A stretch of DNA of 64,000 bases from Leidyana gryllorum EB-2025a (taxonomy: Eukaryota; Protista; Apicomplexa), in the NCBI GenBank assembly GCA_048772705.1, contig JBLWGC010000051.1, positions 304,268 to 368,267 on the forward strand, written 5' to 3'. The position numbers were made by a program, and so were the translations under genes. Numbering within the stretch: position 1 is the first letter of the stretch; every line of letters begins with the position of its first letter. Below, one piece after another: positions 1 to 13,100 of this stretch. Below the pieces are notes generated by a model. The model was not told the origin of the DNA, did not search any database, and saw only the letters and a list, made by a program, of their open reading frames with translations.

Positions 1-3000
1 ACTTCGGCCACAGTAACGGGGCTATGGGAGCGGCACAACTCATCAAAGCTTTAATGACGATCCATCATCGCGTCGTGCCTGCGCTCCTCGGATTCAAGCA
101 ACCTCATCGCTTCCTGGGAGACGTCAAGAAATACTCTGTCATTCTGCCGACTGAGAACACACCACTTCGCAGCGATGGTCATCCCATTACTGTTCTTATG
201 AACTCCTTTGGAATGGGCGGCGCAAATGGAAGTGTTATCATCAGTGGGGTGAGCGATAGCAGAGTTCGCGAAGAAGACCTCAAGTACCCGAGCACCGACG
301 AGGCGTTCCTTCAATGTCCCTCTGCTCATCTGCCTTGGTCTCCTCCTGACGCCCTCGTTGCTGCCAGTGCCTTGAGCAATGACCTCGCCCATCCCACTGC
401 GGATCTTGACGAGCTGCTCAGCATCGTGGCTAAGGCACCCAACCGGGTCAACTTCCTCAGCTCTTGGCACCGGATGGTCGACAGCACTCCAGAACTGAGA
501 GACTACAATATCCTCATTGTAGCTGGAGGACCAGTCTCAGACCTCATGAAACAGCTGGTTGACCGATTGTTTGAGAGGCGCGAGTACAGTCGTATCACCG
601 TGATCTGCCAGAGGAAATACTACACACCCTTCGAGAGCGACTGGCCGTTCCCCATACGCAGTGCTGACGAGGAGTTCTCCCGTTTACAATGGGTTGCAGT
701 CGAGCCAAGTGTGGATACAAACTTGCCTGTCACCCCTGATGCTTTCGACTCTGTGTTTGTTATCCCACGAAGTCAACTGTTGGGAGTTCCCTACGCCCTG
801 TGTCGAGATGATGTTCAAATGGTCAAGTTGTGTCTGCCGCTCCTCTTGGAATCTCGCGAAATTCAAGTCCTTAGTCATGCTTACAGCGATCCTCAACTGC
901 TTTTCTTGACAGAAGGGAAGCTCAATTGCGTACCCCGACCTCTAACTGTGGAAGAGGTCAGCCGCATGGCTTCCCCTCAGCTGCACGGAGGCGTCTGGGC
1001 CCGTTTAATCATCGAGAGGATCCTCACAGAGCTGAAAGGCGGCCGTCGTATAACGATCCATCGCCACGGCCTTATCATGAACAATGAGTTGTTGTCCAAC
1101 GTCATGATGGCTATGCTCGAGACTGCTGTCCGAGCAGGACAAGTAGTAGATGGCGCTCCTCTGCTGGTGTCGAACGTTCAGTCCCTCATCGAAGGTCTGT
1201 GTGACTACAATAGCGAGTACTGGAAGGCGACCAACTTTGAAGGGGTTCTGTACACTAACTTGGTGTCTCGCACACCTTACACGCGACAACATTTGGTTTT
1301 GGATCTGACCCTGTTGGGATTGAACGTTGATGTGGTGCCGCTTGAAGCGGTCTTGCGGGAGGCCAAGAACGCCAACAGCAACTCGGGAACTCTTGTTTCG
1401 ATGACCATTCATCGCATGCTGGCTCCGCATCTCACGTCGCCGCAGACTACTCCTGTAACGTTCGGTGGATACTGTCCAACGTCTGTGGAGGCCGTGTCCG
1501 CGGTCCACCTGCGTATGCCTACAGTGACGCTGAAGCGGGGCTTCCCCTTCCGCACCCCAGTTGATGCAACGATAAGTGCGGAGAAGATCCTGGGGGCTTT
1601 GTACACGGCTGGAGCATTACCGCGTAATCGCCCGCTCAGCGCAGTGACACTGGCTGTACTCAAGGCTTTCAGCCATGCGGCCAGTGCTGCCAATCTCAGC
1701 AGCCACGGTATCGCCATGTTGAGGTTGATGCTCTGTCACTGTGTCCAGAACCTGGAAGTATGTGCCGCATTAGAAGAGGCAGGCGTACAGCCGGCGTATA
1801 ACCAAGGATCGTCTACCACTGACGCTCTGCAACCCGTTTTCGTAATTGGAATGGACCGCCTGTCGAATCTGTTGGTAGCCAATATGTTGTTGGCAGACAA
1901 GGAGCGGTTCCGGTCTCCTGGGTTTGGTCGAATGATGGCCCTGTTTGGTCCCATAGGCCATCTCAAATGGGATGAGGATGAGCCAATTTGGCCAGCAATC
2001 ACTCGAGCTTGGCAGAACTTTGACAAGGCGCAGGCCTATGTCGAAGATTCCATCCAGACACTGAAGAACATTGTTGGCACCGACTATGAGTGCTTGTTCC
2101 CTGACAAGGAGGAACAGCCATGGGAAGACACTCTGCTTCTGGAGTTCATGGGGTTGAACCAAAGTTATATGATGAAGTTCCAGATCGATGTGACGCAAGT
2201 CATGAAAGACCATATGCTGGAAGCCTACAAACTGCACAGAATGATGCTCGGACTGCAGCTACATCGCATGAAATTCAAGTGTCGGCCACTTGATGGACAG
2301 CATGTGGTTCTCACCTCGCCATACCACTTACTCGGCCTGAAAGAGCTCATGACCACCTATCCAGATTGCCGGATAGTCTACATCACTAGCTCCATAGAGT
2401 CCGCCTTGCACTTGAACATTCAAGTTTCTGAGCGATTCCAGTACAATCTGCGTCGGACCTACGACTTGGGAGAGATTGTGAGAAGCCAACGAAAAGTATT
2501 GCGAGAAGGCATCGGGGCTGCCCTCCCACAACTGAGACAACTGAGTGACAAACAGCTCTTCGTGGTGCGGCCGGAAAGCATTTTCGAGAACAGTCGTTCC
2601 TTGTTATCCTCATTGCGTGCCTGGTTGAACATTCCGAGAACTGAGCCTCTGCCAACGAGCTGTACCCGGGCGTTGTCGGAAGTGGTATTGGACCAGCTGC
2701 TCCCCCACTCGATGGATCATCGCAGTCGTGGACGAGTCGCCCTGATCAGTCAAGCTATGCAACACATGAGTGAGGCTAGTGAGGAGCAATTGGCAGAGAC
2801 GCCTTTGACCTTCGAAGCCCCGCGCGGCACTGATGAGTACTTTGCGTGCCTTCAGGTCGCTGCTTCGAAGAAACTGACCAGCGCGACTCTCCGAAAGGCA
2901 CTTCAACACCTCAGCGTCCCTGTGGCCGCACCTGGGGACGACCCAACGGAAGTCATCCGCCATTACATCACTAATCTGATCCCGACTTTGTTCCAGATTG

Positions 3001-5614
3001 AGGTGATCGAAGGGACCAAACCCAGATCGCGGATAATACTGACTGGCGCTGTTGGCTTTTTGGGAAGATACGTTCTGCACTCACTCCTTCAGAAAGACTT
3101 GGACAGCTACACAGGACACAAGAATACCAAAGTGACATGTTTGATCCGAAATAACCAGAAGATGACAGCACGCGAGCGGTTGTTCGCGGCCTTCAATGAG
3201 GCTGGGCTACCGACCGACGAGCTCAGGACCCCTCGGGTGGAAGTGATTGTCGCAGATCTGGAGAGAGACCGATTCGGGTTGTCGAACGCGATGTATACAG
3301 AGCTCGCTGAGACCACCTACTGCATCTATCACACAGCTGGAAAAGTGCATCCTCTGGCAGATTTCAAGGATCTCGCAGGACCCAATGTTCACGCAACATT
3401 CCAAGTTGCCAAGTTGCTGGTGTACTCTGGCTGTGAACGGATGAACTTTGTCTCGTCGGTGATTGTGTACCCCGAGGCTACTCAGGGAGCTCCACATCTC
3501 GACTTCTTCCCGGAGAGTCAGCAACCCACACCATTCACCCAACTCGCAGATTTCCCGTAAGTGATGCTAAGTTTTGCTATATATAGACAATGAATCATGA
3601 TGGTTGCAGAGTTGCGGGCAATGGTTACGCATGGGCAAAGCAGGCTGCCGAACTGATGATGCAAGTTCTCAGCGAGAGAATGGATCTTCCCATCGCCATC
3701 TATCGCTTCCCCCACGTGTTTGCAGCTGCCAATCCTCCTCGTTTGAATGCTGATGATCCCATCACCGACATTGTCCAGGTGGCAATCGAAACTGGGCTTC
3801 TGACTGAGCGTATCATTTCCTGGACCAATGGCGTTACAGTGGATGATGGCGCACGATTGATGGTGGAGGTGAGTTTGGTGTACAGAATTGACTGTTATTG
3901 ATCCCTTTTGCAGATCTCTATGAAGACGGCGGCCCACAGCGCTCACAACTCCGACGCCCCTAACACCAATACATATCACATCTGTCGCGGCAGCCACCCG
4001 AGTTCTTTCTCGAACGCGGAGGAAACGCTGGATCTCGCTCGCACAGTTGGCATACCGATTGACGTGGTGGAGGATGACGTCTTTGTCAAACGGGCGACTG
4101 AAATGAACCCTGGCAGTAAAGCTATGGTGTTCTATAGTTTCGCTCGCGACATGATGGACATCCGGGGTCCTCAGGTGCGCAAACGGCGGGCGCTGACGGA
4201 GAGTGAAACACTCTGCAACACGAGAGCCCTAAATGCGCATACTACATGGACTCCCAGCTCCGAGCTGTTCGCCGGTTTGATACGTCAAGTTCTGATGACT
4301 CGGCAATTGAGTATGAATTCGGCCATCTCGTCATTGGACGGGCACAAAATCATTCAACTTTGTCACCACGCTGTCCGCAATGTATTGGGTGCCGATGTGT
4401 GGAGAGAATTGGAGGAGACATTCCAGGATCGATCTAAGCGAACTCTTTTGGATGATGAGAACTTCTTGATGGAGCCCCTTGAGATCTTCCGGAGCGAAGC
4501 CTCTCAAAAAGCCAATGCTTTGGGTCGCATCTTTGCGCGAAGATTCGTACAGCAATGGTATTGCAACTTGATGCTTATGCAACTGGCGGAGAAACGGGAT
4601 CCGTCGCTGCTCACCCTACCCATCGTGGAGAAACCCGTTTTCATCGTTGGACTGAACCGAAGTGGAACTACGTACTTGTACCATGCATTAGCCCGCGATA
4701 CGTCAGTGTTCAGAGCTCCCACCCTAATGGAACTGATGATGCCCTACGGTACTGATGGGGTCTTCTTGCCGCAACCGGGCGAGACCAGTCCCGCTCCGTT
4801 ACTGCCGTGTGATCTGGAGTCATACGCAGAGGACCCACGGCGCGAAGTCTGCCAGATGCATCTCAAGTGGGCGAGCGTCCCTAACTGGGATGTAATCCAC
4901 CAGTCCCACGCGCAGCTCCCAGAGGAGGATTACCTGATCTTCGATCATTCCGGACGAACGTTCTCCTTCCCGATCGCATATGACGCAGCAGAGTATACGA
5001 GATGGTTGGAGGCGAACGACTACGCGGAGTTGAGAAGGGGATACAAAACGCACATAAGATTCCTCAGACACCTCCAACGCCAGAGAGAAACTCCCCGATG
5101 GCTGATCAAGGGACCCTTCCATATGATCACAATGGACACTCTCTTCGAGACGTACCCAGATGCCAAAATCATCTGTCTGCATCGGAGTCCGGTGGCATCA
5201 GTGGAGTCGTGGCTCAATTTGGTTCTGGCGTTCCGGAAAACTCTGTCGGACAGCGAGGACCACACTTTGTGGGCCCACGAGGAAGTGCAGCGCGAAGCGT
5301 TGATGATGGAGAGGTTCCAGAAATGGCGCGACGCGAATCCCGAGTTGGCGAGTGAAAGAGTCCTTGACGTCCACTTCAACCGGATGATAAAGAGTCCGGG
5401 CGATACCGTCAAAGAAGTTTATGACTTCGTGGGAGAAAAGTACGACGACACGGTGGCCAGCCTGCTGGAGGGATTTGAATGCGAGGATGGAAACTGGCGT
5501 CTTCAGAAAGGCACTTTGAATCGAAAAGAGCCTCTGTTATACTTTGGCTTAACAGAAGAGGAAGTGAATAAGGCTTTCGCAAAGTGCCGCTTGCACAGCT
5601 CCTCCACCAACTAG
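1..5614 (+). CDS. Type I PKS/FAS-like multidomain protein, 5'-truncated: ketosynthase C-terminus, degenerate reductase, degenerate sulfotransferase, thioester reductase (NAD_binding_4), sulfotransferase
   Basis: KS motifs FGHSNGAMGAAQLIK and NSFGMGGANG; reductase ILTGAVGFLG (3036) and GYAWAK (Tyr codon 3626); sulfotransferase PVFIVGLNRSGTT (4634), WLIKGPFH, HRSPVASVES. Introns 3557-3609 and 3869-3913 join three ORFs in frame (~1,840 codons in window). Confidence 0.88.
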
Positions 5615-5622
5615 TCGTCATC

Positions 5623-6028
5623 TCAAGTATTATGCTTCTTCTTTGGTTTATACCGTTTGTCCTTCTGTTTGCGAACCTTCTCAGCTTGGTACACATCCCG
5701 ATATTTATTAACGCGCAGTTTGACCCCCGTCTCCTTCTCCTTCTCCAAAGTCTTGGCCACGGCCTTGTCAGCGGCCTTACGCCGCGCAAAGACTTCCGTG
5801 AGGGGCATCTTTTGACGTTTCTCAACCTGCAGTGACAAAATGAGACTGTGAACGGAGGGCCTGCTGGCTGGCTACCTTGGCACCCAAAGCTTTCAGTTTG
5901 GTCAACTCGTAGTCTTTCCGCAGATGTTTGCTCAAATGGGGCATCGCGAGGTCTCGAACTTCCCTCACGATTTGATTAAACTGGTCCGTATATCCCACAT
6001 TGCGACGATTTGGCTTCGGCTTGGCCAT
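5623..6028 (-). CDS. Small basic protein, possibly DUF4602/C1orf131-like ribosome biogenesis factor
   Basis: MAKPKPNRRN...KLKALGAK joined to VEKRQKMP... by a 49-nt intron 5827-5875; Lys-rich. Family call is from recall only. Confidence 0.55.
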
Positions 6029-6166
6029 TGTATTTGCAATCCAAAAAAAAGATTTGGACTCTACTGAGAGGATGAGATGGCAGCAAACGTTGAGCATGAC
6101 CGAGACACCGTGGTAGGTGAAGGGAAGGGCGCTGCTCGTGGACAAAGGTAAGATTTCCGAGCCCTA

Positions 6167-7516
6167 ATGTCCATTGTGTGTAGTCTAGTGGAACTGAGAT
6201 CAAAGATAGGTGCGCTCAAACGCCAGGTCGACGACTATGAATCTCGCTCAAGTATCGGCGTGGGCATAGTCGCGCCCGAGAGTATGGATGAGAATAATAC
6301 GCAACGGCATTCGCGAGACGCCAACTCCTCCATCAACGGTGTGTGCTTAACCGGTTGCGAAAGATCGTCCCCCCCCTCCCCATCCGCATACCGCCGGCAA
6401 AGCTGGCCCGCATTAGTGTCGGCATCGCCGAGAAGGCGAGAACGTTCATCTGACCGATCCCACATCGATCTCTTGCAACAACAAGACGAGACCATACACA
6501 ACCTGCAAGAGACTATAGATTCCCAGAGTGCCAAAATACGCCAACTCGAGGAAATTGTCGCTCGACGGACCCAACAAGTCGAACAGTTAACCATGTCAAT
6601 GGCCGGGGTCCGGCAGGATCTGTTCGACGCCGACTCGGGTGCCACACTACGAAAGCTCAATAACTTACAACACCATCTGCAATCTTCGCAGAGACACGAA
6701 GCACAGTTAGAATCATTGGTAAGCGATTCCTTTTCCTCTCCCTTCCCCCTCCCTTCCCCTCCATCACCCAGTGTGCCTGTCTCTCTGCTGATCGGCCGCC
6801 CCTTTGCCTTTGTCTTTGTCTTTGCCTTTATTTATCAAATAATTGCTCCGCGACAGGTGAGCTGCTCGGAGAGCAGACTAACGGAGTTCTACGCCCTTCA
6901 ATGTGCCCTAGAAACCGCGAACGAAAAGACTCGTACCTGGCAGAAACGTGCTGCTATGTTAGCACAAGCTCGAACCCAAACTCAGAATGCCCATGAACGG
7001 GCTGTCCTACTGGTAATTGAATGATGCCAGGATTCTGAGCTCATCTTGCTTAGCTAGCTGGCTGCCCAGGATATGGCTGATTATGCCAGTGGTGTGGACC
7101 GGGCTGGTGCCGGAGCAAACCAAGTCACTAGTCCCCCAATGCGGGAGGCTGGCGCACAGACGGACCCTGAAGGTTGGGAAGCGATGCTCAACGAACAGAT
7201 CGTCTCATCTGTGATGAGTACCCGCACTCCTCATCGCGCTAATCGCCGATCACCCACACGAGGGACGCCGAGCTCGCCGCAGAGCAGCTGGAGTCCATCG
7301 TCTGTGTGGATAGGGAGTCAGGAGAATCGAGAGCGTCGTTCGCTAGTTATGATGCTTCGAAAAGAACGACGCCAACGCCAAGATGCTGAACGCAAGTTGC
7401 ACGATCTGCTGGGCTTTCACTTGATGGCTATGGAGAAGCCCCGTAAATCTGAAGGAGGAGGCGGCGGCGGCGAGATTCAGTTTGGGGGGGCTCGGGTCTT
7501 TGATTTCACGACATAA
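6167..7516 (+). CDS. Hypothetical coiled-coil protein (multi-exon)
   Basis: ORFs 6167-7024 and 7073-7516 have heptad-rich segments; a pyrimidine-rich intron starts at GTAAGC near 6719. Confidence 0.55.
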
Positions 7517-7531
7517 AATTTGAATGAAAAA

Positions 7532-8503
7532 ATGCGCCTCATATTCGTCCGGCATGGCGAGTCTTTGAACAATCTGTCCGCAAGTCAGCAGCATAGTGGC
7601 GATTCGGAGGACGCCTACAACGCACTCCGTATTCCGGATCCACCATTGGTGTCGAACGGTAAGACATTCAAGATGCCCCCCCTTACACTGTCGCAGCTGG
7701 AGAGGCCGGCCAGAAAGCAGGAAAATGGCTGTGTGAGGACGCGTTGGTTGCCAACGAGTACTATCCCCACCCCATTGAATGCCGTTTAATCTGCTCTCCA
7801 ATGCTTCGAGGGCTCCAATCAGCAGCTATTCTGCACCGAGAACTCCAACAGAGCAATTTTGATGTCAAGGTCTTTGTAGACCCTGAGATCGGTGAAGTGG
7901 GAGGCTTGTTTCACGGCACTCGCCTACCGGACGGAGGGGTACAGACGCATTCAGATTCTCCCTGGATCGGAGGGATGTCCCGCTCGCAGATTCTCAAAGG
8001 TTATCCAGGATTCGAAATACCACCCGAGATCACCGAAGAAGGTTGGTATAACAAGCCTCAAGAGCCGTACCAAGAGGCGGTGAAGCGAGCGGAACGTTTT
8101 GCAGAGTGAGTGAGATAGAGGAGGACCACCACTGTGACTCGGTGTCGTCGTTTGTTGCAGAGAGTTACGACTGGCTGCATCGACACTGGACGGTTCTCGT
8201 CCCTGGACACGAGATTGGAAACTTCCGTCGGACTCGCGAGTGGTGATAGTGGTCGCGCACGGGTTGTTCTTCAGTCTCACCGCTGGATGTCTGCTGCTGA
8301 ATGGGGTTCCAGGCTTATTGGAGGTTCGGAGGACACAGATGCTGATCAATAATTGGGCAGCAACGCAGTTTCAGCTGAAAGAAGAGGAGGACGGGAAACA
8401 CCGCCGCATCACTGGATTAGACTTTCACAATCTACAGAGCTTCTTGCCGCTGACACTGCGGCGGAGGCAGCAATGGCGAGGATTGAACGGTCCTCTCTGT
8501 TAG
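7532..8503 (+). CDS. Histidine phosphatase / phosphoglycerate mutase family protein
   Basis: MRLIFVRHGES (RHG motif), CSPMLRGLQSA, EIGEVGG, VVAHG; two short introns. Confidence 0.85.
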
Positions 8504-8521
8504 TTCACTAAACTTGTTATT

Positions 8522-10126
8522 TCATAGCTCTAGAGTCTCCAGACGCTTGAAGAGAACATCTCCTGTAGTCACATCTGCCCCCGTCACTAAGTTGTTAGTG
8601 CTCTGCAACTCCCAAAGGTATTTGCGAGGAGAGCCGAATCGACGGAAAATCTCGTCACAGGCAGTGGGTATGATGGGCCACAGGAAGTGAGCAGCCAAGT
8701 ACACCATTTCCATGCAACTCCGTATCACACGTCTCTTCTCGTCCACATCTGCGATCTTCCAAGGAGCTTTCTCGGTCAGGTATTGGTTGGCTTGACGACA
8801 AATTTGCATTCCGGCGCTGCAGAGGTCCTGCAGGGCGAAAGCTCCCATAGCCTTCTCGGCCGTATTGTAAATTGTCGGCAAATCCACTAAAACTTCACAT
8901 TCTCCGACGTCGGGCACTTTGCCATCACTAGCCTTGCCACACAGGGCAGTAACTCTGTGCACCAAGTTGCCCAAAGTGGAGGATAAGTCGCTATTGTTCA
9001 GATTAAGCAACGCTTCAGCGCTGAATTTCACATCTGCACCGTAGGTGCCCTCGTGGACCATATAGTATCTGTGGTGGGAATGGTGGCCAACGCAAACACA
9101 CTTGACGACTCACCTGAAGGTGTCTGACCCGGTAATGGATAAGCACTGCATCGGGTCAATCACATTGCCGAACGATTTGGACATCTTGCTGCCATCTACA
9201 GCTTGTACAAAACCGTGTCCAAAAACCCTGTTAGCTGTGGGAAGCTTGGCAGCCATGAGCATAGCAGGCCAGATCACACAGTGAAACCAGATGATGTCCT
9301 TTCCAATGATGTGCACATCAGCGGGCCAGTACTTGTAGTCATCGTGCTTTGGGTCATGCAGCGAGATGGCTGAGCAGTAATTGCTCAGTGCATCAAACCA
9401 GACATACATCACGTGAGTGTCTGAGCCTGGAACTGGGATTCCCCATTTTAAATTTGTTCTCGAAACACTCAAGTCTTCCAGTGGAGCCTTCTCCAGTCGC
9501 GCGACCAATTCGTTTCGTCGGGTGGCTGGCTGCACGTAATCTGTGTTCTTCAAGAGGTCCAAGACAGCGTCGTGATATTTGGACATTCTGAAAAAGTAAG
9601 ACTCTTCGTTCCGTCTCTCGAAAGGCTTCCCGGTGTCCGGGTCTTTGTAGTTGGTAGCCGCAGCGTCCCGCTCCGACAGGAAGTTCTCTTCACGAACGTT
9701 ATACCACCCCTCATATCTGTCGAGGTATATGTCTCCGTTCTCCTCGACCCGCGTCCACAGCCATTGGGCGAAGGCTTTGTGTTCGGCTTCCGTAGTTCTA
9801 ATGTATCGGTGATCACTAAGATTCAGGTTGGCGTTGAGTTGCTGAAAGAATTTCACATTCCGCTCGCACAACTCCAACGGAGTGATTCCTTGCGCTTCCG
9901 CAGTATTCGCTATCTTTTGACCGTGCTCGTCACTACCAGTGACATACTTGGTGTCGCGACCCGCAATAGTATGGTACCGGGCAATCACATCAGCAGTGGC
10001 GAACTCGTAGGCGTGGCCGACATGAGGCGGTCCATTCAGGTATGCAATAGCAGTTGTCAGGTAAAACTTTTGCTCCTTAACCTGCTCTCTCTCCTCATAG
10101 GTCAGTGTCTTGGCGCACTCCACCAT
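8522..10126 (-). CDS. MARS: Methionyl-tRNA synthetase (short MetRS1/bacterial-like type)
   Basis: YLTTAIAYLNGPPHVGHAYE (HIGH), YVWFDAL, KMSKS; anticodon-binding domain in ORF 8522-9061; one intron near 9070-9113. Confidence 0.95.
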
Positions 10127-10198
10127 CTTTCACACTGCTCCTCGAATTTCGAAATATAAATTTTAATCCCAACGGATTTTTCTACACTATAAATCAAT

Positions 10199-13100
10199 CT
10201 AAGGGTTGAGACCAAACTCGGCTGCTCTGCAAAGATTGTAGTACTCTCCATTCACAATCTTGATCAGCTCCTCATGGCTACCCACTTCCACAACAGTACT
10301 CCCAACAGGTCGACTGTACAGATCATAGCCTTTCTTCAACACCACAATCATATCAGCATTCCTGATGGTACTCAGACGATGGGCCACAATGATGATGGAC
10401 CTCTGCCGTCTTTGCACTTCTTCTTTCATGATACAATCCAGAGTGTCCTGGACCAGCTTCTCACTCATCGGATCCAACGCACTAGTTGCCTCGTCCAGTA
10501 AGAGAACATCGCTGTCACGCAGAAGCGCACGCGCAATACTAATCCGCTGACGCTGACCGCCACTCAGTTTCTCTCCTCTCACCCCAACAACAAAGTCATA
10601 GCCGCCAGGCAAGTCCATGACAAAGTCATGCGCGTTCGCTGCCTTCGAGGCCTCAAAGACTTCGTCCGGCTTAGCTTCCATTTTACCGTACCGAATATTC
10701 TCAAAGATCGTAGTATTAAATAAAATGGGCTCCTGAGATACCAAACTCATCCGACTCCGCAGTGAGCGCAAGTTCCAGTTTCGCAGCTCTATCCCGTTGA
10801 TATACACCGAGCCGTCCAGCAACTCGTAGAAACGTTCCAACAAGTGGATCAGAGTTGTCTTCCCGCATCCACTCTCACCCACAATCGCCACTGTCTTTCC
10901 GATTGGCACCTCGAAACTGACATTCGAGTACACGGGGTAAGAAGAGTTCGGGAATGCAAATCGGACTTGGCGAAAAGCAATGTGTGTTATACGACTGTTC
11001 GAACCACACGGGCTCAGCAGCGGAATAACGGCAGTTCGCCTCATTTTGTTGTTGCTAACGACAGATTGATCTCCCTCAAAGGATGACGCGGTGTTCATTC
11101 GGGGACACGGCAAGCTCACAGGCTCCCAGGATTGGCTCGTGTCAGGATTGAAAGACAGCACAGGCAGCTCCAGGGTGCGTCTCCCGCCATCGAGGGGGGT
11201 CCTGCCTCCCGTCTCGAGCCGCGTCCACGGACTGTCCAGGATTCTAACACTCAGATCTCCAGCACGTGACCGGGCTGATCGCAGAGAGATTGATCGCACA
11301 AACTGTTTGCCACCCGGAAGACGAACATCTGGATAGAACTCTTGATCGATCAAACTGAGGTAACGTCTGGCAGATTTCTTGCCACTCGCCGTGTCAATAG
11401 ACGATGTACTCGCTTGACCAACTCCCAATCCCGCAATTATAAGCGTGAAGGTTCCTTGGAGCATCTGATCCATACTTTCAATTCTTCCGTCCGCGAAAGC
11501 TCGTCCCCCGTACCACAACGCCAGAGCTTGCGCTCCGAATTGCAGAAACTGACTCAATCCGTAGAAGAATCCCGTCAGCATAGCTTTAGTGTGCCCCTTT
11601 TCTCGATCGTCGCTCAATAGTTCGTCCATTTGCCGAACCAAAATGGGCTGCAGACAGTTAGCGTCCACGGTACGCCGACAGCTCAAACTCTCAGAGAGAA
11701 TGGAAGTGTATGTGATTCCCATCGCCTTCCGGTGACGCTGAACCTCCTTCTTCCCGAACAAGGAGCGGAAGATCCGAAAGCTGCTAAACTTGTTGATCAT
11801 CACCGTAGGATCAGACATGAACCGCGATTGTATCCAGATGGCGGGAGCCATGGCGATGAAGCCCGCAACTGACACTAAAGCCAATTGATAGTGTGCGAGA
11901 CTGGCTATGACGATAGCTGCCACTACACAAGAGCCATTGCTCAGTAGAATAGACATGTTTTCAAAGGCCCATCCTTTGGCGAGTATAGTGTCGCAAGTCA
12001 GAACATCCAGTATGTAGCCGGGACGCAATTGGGGATGGTCGAAGAATGAAGCAGGAAAGTACAGAACGCGCGACAAGAGTGCTTGCCGCAGATTCCTGAC
12101 CAAAACTGCACCTCCAAAGTCCAGCAAACCATTGTGACACACGTTAACTATCATACAATAGAGAGCCACCCAAAGCAAATCGTGCGTGGGGCCGAGCAGT
12201 CCCGCTTCAATCTCGTAATGCGACGGCGCGCTGAGAACACCCACAAAGTTGGCGAAGCACCATGCGAACAGTGGAAACACAAGACTGAAGACACAAAAGC
12301 AATGATACAATGACGCTCGACGCTGGAGATAAGTTACCCATGAGCGAGAGAAGCCAGCACACTCAATAACACGGTCGGCCACCACGCGCCAAAGAATTTC
12401 AGAATGCGGAACCGGGATGGCTTGGACCCGTTCAGGAAGTCTCCATACATATTGGGCGGAAAGGACAACTTTGCTGGATCGTCTTCCACATCAATCGTGG
12501 CAGCCTCGTGAACGTATTCCTCACGCAACAGCTGATATGGTTGTGATCTCGCGATCAATTTGTCGATCGCACTTGTGGCAAGAACTGAACGCGGAGTCTG
12601 ATACATCAAACACCCCAGACTTACGCTCTGTCGGACTCTGTTTTGGCAGCCACGACGGAGGATTGGTGAGATGCGTGGGCGATTCGTCCAAATGCAGCGA
12701 TGATATCGGTGACTCCGAGCCTTGGGACACGATACTGATGTCAACTGGAGGACATTTGTACTTGTCCAAATCGAGGCGTTGTCCCCTACTATATGCCACC
12801 TCTTCTGTTCGAGCACTAACTCGTTCGTCAGTGTTAGACGAGATTGAGGTTGAAGAACTAAAGTAGTTCTCCTCGGGCACCGGCAAACCCTCTGGCACCC
12901 AAGAGTCCCCCATGAAAGCGTTCATACCATCGGGCACAGCGAAGGGCATTGAGACATGACGACGGCGGGCTTGTTGGGTCGCTTCTTCGCCAAAGGCTTC
13001 GCGGGCTGCCTCCAAAGCGATCTCGGGGACGCTGCCGCGGAGCTGTCTTCGTGACGGCTTGGGAGCCGAATGTGTCGACTCCAACTGAAGTGTTGGGGGC

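Noticed and set aside
3557-3913. Stops and frame changes in the PKS suggesting a pseudogene or recoding
   Set aside because: Canonical GT-AG introns of 53 and 45 nt restore the frame. The same explains the other split ORFs I checked.
6728-6830. Pyrimidine-rich and TTTGTC repeats
   Set aside because: Low-complexity sequence inside a probable intron.
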